This document shows, piece by piece, positions 15,199 through 20,280 of a stretch of DNA of 20,280 bases. How positions within the stretch are numbered: the stretch's first letter is position 1; the number at the start of each line of letters is the position of its first letter. This stretch comes from Candidatus Woesearchaeota archaeon (lineage in GTDB: Archaea > Nanobdellota > Nanobdellia > SCGC-AAA011-G17 > PNOQ01): NCBI GenBank assembly GCA_043812195.1, contig JBDRML010000025.1:1-20280 (forward strand). The letters are read 5' to 3'. The notes under the pieces were generated by a model. That model ran no database searches and was not told the origin of the DNA. It saw only the letters and a program-made list of their open reading frames with translations. Position numbers and translations under genes: made by a program.

Positions 15199-15567
15199 AT
15201 GGAGCAAAATGCACAAGAATGGTCATACATAATTTTAAGAAATAACGGAAAGATTACTTATAATGGTTCACAATTAAATACAGCACACAATGTATTATAT
15301 CAAGACCAAAGGAAAAATCAAAAATATACTCTATTAATGGTGGGGGTAGATGGAAAATCCGTGTTTGTTAGTTATAATGGCAATGTTGCGAAAGTGAAAG
15401 AAAATGATGAAGAAAATGAAAAATGTGTAGAAAAAAATATTGTTAGGCAAAGATTGACTCTTTATCAATTTAAATTTTTAGGAGAATTTCCTCAAAGAGT
15501 ATCTGGAGACATAGGAGTAGCTTCAAGAGCATATAAACATAGCCTTAGCGACAGGGTTCAGGAATAA
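15199..15567 (+). CDS. Hypothetical protein
   Basis: 122-aa ORF with TTTATAAA upstream; no recognised motif. Confidence 0.55.
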   Translation: MEQNAQEWSYIILRNNGKITYNGSQLNTAHNVLYQDQRKNQKYTLLMVGVDGKSVFVSYNGNVAKVKENDEENEKCVEKNIVRQRLTLYQFKFLGEFPQRVSGDIGVASRAYKHSLSDRVQE

Positions 15568-15667
15568 AATTTATAAACTTTTACAATAATACAAATCAAA
15601 ATCTTTATAAATACCTTATTTTACCAACTTTTAACCCATTATTACTACCAAAGGTAGGAGGGAATAA

Positions 15668-16402
15668 ATGAATCAAGAAGCAATATTAGAATCAATAAAG
15701 AAAGTAAGAGAAATTTCTAAGAAAAGAAAATTCCCACAATCTTTCGACTTAATCATAAATCTAACTCAATTAGATATTAAAAATCCAAATGATAAAATAG
15801 ACTTATTCGTTATCTTAAATCATCCAAAAGGAAAAACTCCAAAAATATGTGCATTAGTTGGTTCAGAATTAGAGTCTAAGGCAAAAATATTTGACAAAGT
15901 AATAAATAAAGATGAATTCCCACAATATCAAAAAGATATAAAGAAAGTTAAAAAACTAGCAAGAGAATACGATTATTTTATAGCACAAGCAAATTTAATG
16001 GGAGAAATAGCAGCAGCTTTCGGTAAAGGTTTAGGTACTGTAGGAAAAATGCCTAACCCAAAAGCAGGTTGCATTGTTCCACCAGTTATTCCCAAATTAG
16101 ATCCTATAAAAGAAAAGCTAAACAAAACAATCAGACTTCTTACAAAAGATCAATTAATCATAAAATCAATTATAGGTAAAGAAGATATGAAAGACGAAGA
16201 AATAGCTGAAAATATTCAAACAGCATACAGTGCATTACTTCACGCTTTACCAAAAGAAATGAACAATCTAAAATCAGTTTTCATTAAATTAACAATGAGC
16301 CCGTCAGTTGAAATAACAGACAAGGGTCCAGTCTTGCATAAAAAAATAGAAGAACCTAAAGAAAATGAAAAAGATACCGGAAAAGAAAATAAAGGAAGTT
16401 AA
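15668..16402 (+). CDS. rpl1: 50S ribosomal protein L1 (uL1)
   Basis: KRKFPQSFDLIINL, YDYFIAQA, GKMPNP, FIKLTMSP; SD GGAGG. Confidence 0.96.
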   Translation: MNQEAILESIKKVREISKKRKFPQSFDLIINLTQLDIKNPNDKIDLFVILNHPKGKTPKICALVGSELESKAKIFDKVINKDEFPQYQKDIKKVKKLAREYDYFIAQANLMGEIAAAFGKGLGTVGKMPNPKAGCIVPPVIPKLDPIKEKLNKTIRLLTKDQLIIKSIIGKEDMKDEEIAENIQTAYSALLHALPKEMNNLKSVFIKLTMSPSVEITDKGPVLHKKIEEPKENEKDTGKENKGS

Positions 16403-17375
16403 AAATCTAAAAAAACTCCTATCAGAGGATGTTAATATAGGTATAGTAGATTTAACTAATCTTCCATCCGCACAGTTCCAATCATTAAGAAACAAATTAA
16501 AGAATGAATTAAATATAAGAACATCAAAAAAGAAATTAATAATTTTGGCATTAGAAGAAATTAAAAAATCTAAAAAAGATATAGAAAAATTAGAGAAATA
16601 TCTTGAAAATGCAATTCCAGCATTAATATTCACAAAAGAAGATTCTTTCAAATTAGCAAAAACAATAAAGAAAAATAAGTCAAACTTACCAGCAAAACCA
16701 GGTCAAGTTTCACCAAAAGATATAGTAATACCTTCAGGACCAACAAAATTCCCACCAGGACCAATCATTGGAGAACTAGGTGCAGCAGGAATTAAAGCAG
16801 CTATTGAAGGTGGAAAAGTTGTTATAAAACAAGATGTTCATTTAGTTAGAGAAGGAGATGTAATAACACAAAAGCAAGCAGATCTTTTAGCTAAATTCGG
16901 AATTCAACCAATGGAAATAGGTCTAAACTTACTAGCAATTTATCAAAAAGGTGATTTATTCGATAAAGAAGTCCTATTCATAGACGAAGCAGAATACTTT
17001 AAGAAATTTAAAACAGCAGCTTCAGAAGCACTTAATCTTGCAGTCTATGCTGTTTACCCAGCAAATGAAACTATAAAGATACTATTACAAAAAGCTGAAA
17101 GAGAAAAACTAGCTATTGAAAGCAAAATTGACATAAAAAAAATACCAGAAGAACCTAAAGAAGAAAAGGCTGAAGAGCTACAACAAGAACAACAAGAACC
17201 AGAAACAATAGAAGAAACACAACAAGAACAACCAAAAGAAGAAGAACAGCAAGAAAATCAAGTTCAAGAGCCAAAAAAAGAAGAACCACAACAATTAAAA
17301 AACCCAACAGGATACAACGAAGAAGACGCAAAAAAGGCTCAAGATATAATCAATCAAATGAAAGATAAAGGCTAA
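16365..17375 (+). CDS. rpl10: 50S ribosomal protein L10 (uL10 / aP0) with Q/E-rich tail
   Basis: [48 protein letters not shown]; follows rpl1. Confidence 0.95.
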   Translation: MKKIPEKKIKEVKNLKKLLSEDVNIGIVDLTNLPSAQFQSLRNKLKNELNIRTSKKKLIILALEEIKKSKKDIEKLEKYLENAIPALIFTKEDSFKLAKTIKKNKSNLPAKPGQVSPKDIVIPSGPTKFPPGPIIGELGAAGIKAAIEGGKVVIKQDVHLVREGDVITQKQADLLAKFGIQPMEIGLNLLAIYQKGDLFDKEVLFIDEAEYFKKFKTAASEALNLAVYAVYPANETIKILLQKAEREKLAIESKIDIKKIPEEPKEEKAEELQQEQQEPETIEETQQEQPKEEEQQENQVQEPKKEEPQQLKNPTGYNEEDAKKAQDIINQMKDKG

Positions 17376-17386
17376 TGGAGGTCAAA

Positions 17387-17677
17387 ATGGAAATAATTTA
17401 TGCAGCATTACTGCTTCACAAGTCGGGAACTGAAATCAGTGAAGATAACCTTAAGAAAGTCCTCGAATCAGCCGGAGCTAAAGTAGACGATTCTAAAATC
17501 AAAGCTTTAGTAGCATCTCTTGATAGCATAAACATAGAAGAAGCTATCAAAGAAGCCGCAACTGTTAGCGTTGTACCAGCAGCAGAACAAGCTCCTGCAG
17601 AAAAGAAGGAAGAGAAAAAGGAAGAAAAGAAAGACGATGCAGCTGCCGCAGCAGGATTAGGTAGTTTATTCGGCTAA
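17387..17677 (+). CDS. rpl12: 50S ribosomal stalk protein P1 (aL12)
   Basis: [20 protein letters not shown]-terminal [10 protein letters not shown]; SD GGAGGT at 17377-17382. Confidence 0.96.
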   Translation: MEIIYAALLLHKSGTEISEDNLKKVLESAGAKVDDSKIKALVASLDSINIEEAIKEAATVSVVPAAEQAPAEKKEEKKEEKKDDAAAAAGLGSLFG

Positions 17678-17706
17678 ATTTATCTTTTTTCACTTTTTTA
17701 TTAAAG

Positions 17707-18540
17707 ATGGACAATAAACCAGACATAAACAATCTCAAAAGGGAAGTTTCTAATCTTAAGAGACAATTAAACGAACTCAATGTAGAAAAAGAAAAATGGT
17801 TTTCTATAAAAGAGAATCTTAAGAAAGATGTATCAGATCTAATCAAGAAAATAAAAAATTTTAAGTCAGATAAAGATAAAACAGACAAAGAGTTTCAAAA
17901 TTTAAAAGAAAAAAGAGATAGTTATAACAAACAAGTTCAGGATTTAATAAAAGGTTTCAAAGAACTTAATTCTCAAAAACGCAAAACACTCAAAGAAAAA
18001 AAAATAGAATTCAATCCACATGATATCATCAAAAACATAGAAAGCTTAGAAATGAAAATAGAAACAGAAGTGATTTCTTTTCAAAAAGAACAGCAAATTA
18101 TGAAGCAAATAAAACTTTTTAAAAAACAACTAGCTGAAGTTGGAGAAACTCAAGACGTTTTCAAACAGCTAAAACATTTATCAGAAAGAATAACAGAGAT
18201 GAAGAAAAAGGCAGACGAATACCATAATTTAATGCAAAAAGCTGGGAAAACCACATATCACGAATTAATGGAGATGTCCAAACAAATAAACGAATTAAAG
18301 AAAAAACAAGAAGATGCATTCAAGAAATTTATAGATTCAAAAGATAAATTCTCAAAAATAAATGAAGAGCTAAAAGATAAATTAAGACACGCAAAAGATT
18401 ACAACATGACAAAATCTATCATAAAATTAGAGAAGCAAGAAAGAGAGATAGATGAAAAAGTAAGGCAAGTAAAGGAAAAACTTAAGAAAAAGAAAAAACT
18501 CACCACAGAAGATTTACTTATACTACAAGAAGAAAAATGA
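17707..18540 (+). CDS. Archaeal coiled-coil protein (COG1340-like)
   Basis: Continuous heptad pattern ending KKLTTEDLLILQ. Confidence 0.75.
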   Translation: MDNKPDINNLKREVSNLKRQLNELNVEKEKWFSIKENLKKDVSDLIKKIKNFKSDKDKTDKEFQNLKEKRDSYNKQVQDLIKGFKELNSQKRKTLKEKKIEFNPHDIIKNIESLEMKIETEVISFQKEQQIMKQIKLFKKQLAEVGETQDVFKQLKHLSERITEMKKKADEYHNLMQKAGKTTYHELMEMSKQINELKKKQEDAFKKFIDSKDKFSKINEELKDKLRHAKDYNMTKSIIKLEKQEREIDEKVRQVKEKLKKKKKLTTEDLLILQEEK

Positions 18541-18992
18541 ATAATTTACTAAATGTTATTCTTTTAAGCATAATACCAATCTCAGAATTAAGAGGTGCTA
18601 TCCCTTTAGGAATTTTAAACGGATTAAGTTGGGAGTTAGTTTTTATTGTAGCAACAATTTCAAACATAGCGATTATACCAATAATTTTCCTTTTCTTAGA
18701 TTATTTACACAAACATTTCAGCAAATCAAAATACTATAAATATGTTTTCAATAAATTAGTTAATAGAACCAGGAAAAAAATAGAGCACAAAATTGGAACT
18801 AAATGGGAATTACCAGCCCTATTATTATTAGTAGCTATTCCCCTTCCCGGAACAGGAGCATACACAGGAACCTTAGCAGCTTGGTTATTTAATATAGAAA
18901 GAAAAAGAGCTTTAGTAACAATAATGCTTGGAGTTTTAATAGCAGCAATAATAACAACTTTAGTAACTTTAGGAGCTATTTCTTTCTTCTAA
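18537..18992 (+). CDS. Small multidrug export-type membrane protein (COG2426-like)
   Basis: PISELRGAIP and AIPLPGTGAYTG motifs; about 4 TM helices. Confidence 0.85.
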   Translation: MNNLLNVILLSIIPISELRGAIPLGILNGLSWELVFIVATISNIAIIPIIFLFLDYLHKHFSKSKYYKYVFNKLVNRTRKKIEHKIGTKWELPALLLLVAIPLPGTGAYTGTLAAWLFNIERKRALVTIMLGVLIAAIITTLVTLGAISFF

Positions 18993-19506
18993 ATAAACTC
19001 TTATCATACAATTCTTTCAAATCAGAATAAATAGGTATAGACTTAATTTTGAATTTCCTAACCATAACTATCCAAACTAAAGCAACATAGATTCCAGCTA
19101 TAAATTTCCAAAATATCATATGCACAACATCAAAATAAGTTTTTCCAGCTTCTAAAAATAATATTATTAACAAATCAATTCTAATAATATTCATAACTAA
19201 TATCAAAGCAGTACCAACAACCAATAACTTCAAAGAAGTTTTCAAGCTCAAACCTTTAGTAAATACAATTAACAAGAATAACAAATAATACGCAGATAAA
19301 GCAACACAAGCTTCTATAAAAATAAAATTTACATTGCTAAAAACTAAATTATTACCAAAAACACCAATATCATATCCAAGGACTTTTAACAAAATCCAGC
19401 TACTATATATTGTCGCAGGAGTAAAAATAAGATAAAAGAAATTATAAAGGCCAGTCACCAAAATAGCAAGAATAGTTCTTAAAATTAAATTACTCTCATA
19501 TTTCAT
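18976..19506 (-). CDS. Archaeosortase/exosortase family protein (pacearchaeosortase-like)
   Basis: Multi-TM protein with catalytic-type Cys (IEACVA), Arg (NIIRI) and His (VHMIFW). Confidence 0.8.
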   Translation of the reverse strand: MKYESNLILRTILAILVTGLYNFFYLIFTPATIYSSWILLKVLGYDIGVFGNNLVFSNVNFIFIEACVALSAYYLLFLLIVFTKGLSLKTSLKLLVVGTALILVMNIIRIDLLIILFLEAGKTYFDVVHMIFWKFIAGIYVALVWIVMVRKFKIKSIPIYSDLKELYDKSLFRRKK

Positions 19507-19584
19507 ACAATTATTTTATTATTAATCTTTATATTATTTCCTAAAAAAACATTTATATACTCTTAATTTAAAAATTATAGCATA

Positions 19585-20187
19585 ATGGTTGACCCAATTC
19601 AATTATCATCAGTAGGAACATTTTTCTCCCAATTGCTTAGCAGATCAATAGAAATAGTAGAAGCACCAAAAAGCAATCCAGAAGCAATTTGGTTATTAGC
19701 ACCATTAATGGTAACCATAATCCTTATGGAGTTCTATTTTGGAAGATATTCAAAAGAAGAACTAGGCTGGAACACAGCATTTGGAAATTCATTAGTTCTA
19801 ATATTCATAGCAGCATTTCTTTTCAAATATATTCATGAAAACAATCTCTGGTTAGATTCTACAAAAATGGCAGTTATGGCAATATTAATTTCTGTTGGCC
19901 TAATCTTAACAATAGTAGACTATCTCCATCTAATACCTAAAAAATTAGCATTTACTATATCTTCAAAACTACCATTAAATTATTTAGCATACGCAGTAAT
20001 TGTATTAGTATACACAGATATTCCAGTAGAAGCACTAACAATATTATCATTTATAGTCCTTTTCATAGCTTTTTCTATATTTGTCTGGTTTATTCATGTT
20101 ATGGCACCACAAATAAAAGACACAATTTTTCCAGGATCAGTACCCGAACCAAGCCCAGAATCACCACAATACAAAGAATCAACCTAA
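19585..20187 (+). CDS. Hypothetical integral membrane protein
   Basis: About 5 TM helices with an EELGWNTAFGNSLVL segment. Confidence 0.75.
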   Translation: MVDPIQLSSVGTFFSQLLSRSIEIVEAPKSNPEAIWLLAPLMVTIILMEFYFGRYSKEELGWNTAFGNSLVLIFIAAFLFKYIHENNLWLDSTKMAVMAILISVGLILTIVDYLHLIPKKLAFTISSKLPLNYLAYAVIVLVYTDIPVEALTILSFIVLFIAFSIFVWFIHVMAPQIKDTIFPGSVPEPSPESPQYKEST

Positions 20188-20280
20188 TTTTACATATTTC
20201 GCAAACTTTATAAGCTTTTCACCATTTCCAAATTGTAACACATTATTAACAATTCAGGGGGTTAAAGAATGAATAAAAAA

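Noticed and set aside
17140-17300. GAA/CAA-rich short repeats in the rpl10 tail (and similar in the rpl11 tail)
   Set aside because: They reflect low-complexity E/Q/K protein linkers, not an independent DNA repeat element.
137-17888. Shadow ORFs in the track (137-328, 1951-2157, 2048-2290, 2382-2780, 2777-2998, 3109-3666, 3813-4055, 4181-4384, 5923-6303, 8956-9144, 9590-9880, 12886-13206, 14241-14435, 16304-16651, 17565-17888)
   Set aside because: They overlap better-supported genes antisense or out of frame and show no recognisable motifs.
20256-20280. Possible gene start (AGGGGG then ATG at 20269)
   Set aside because: Only four codons lie inside the window, too few to identify.

Overview
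AT-rich, gene-dense archaeal chromosomal region. Gene content and protein style point to DPANN, probably Woesearchaeota-like (inference). Most genes are housekeeping: rpoP (partial), eL43, tRNA-Pro, uL11, spt5, secE, ftsZ, FKBP PPIase, aIF5A, eL40, site-2 protease, tatD, cdc6/orc1, HemK2-like methyltransferase, uL1-uL10-P1 and an archaeosortase. Highlights: (1) Two tandem paralogous genes (7529-9122) end in 114-nt repeats that differ only at codon positions 1 and 2, nearly always involving adenine, each followed by a GRA-loop hairpin. This is the signature of diversity-generating retroelement (DGR) target genes, but no RT or template repeat is seen in the window, so they look like remote targets. 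(2) tRNA-Pro(UGG) has a canonical 37/38 intron plus a hidden 33-nt intron at position 3/4, whose bulge-helix-bulge is built with the 5' leader. (3) uL11 lacks its N-terminal domain, and uL10 lacks the terminal GLxxLFG motif. (4) A ~48-bp motif recurs upstream of two promoters, one for a free-standing HTH-LAGLIDADG gene and one for a pair of unannotated 38-39 aa peptides. (5) A CARF-like gene and a wHTH gene are divergently arranged. All calls come from reading the sequence by eye; no database searches were run.
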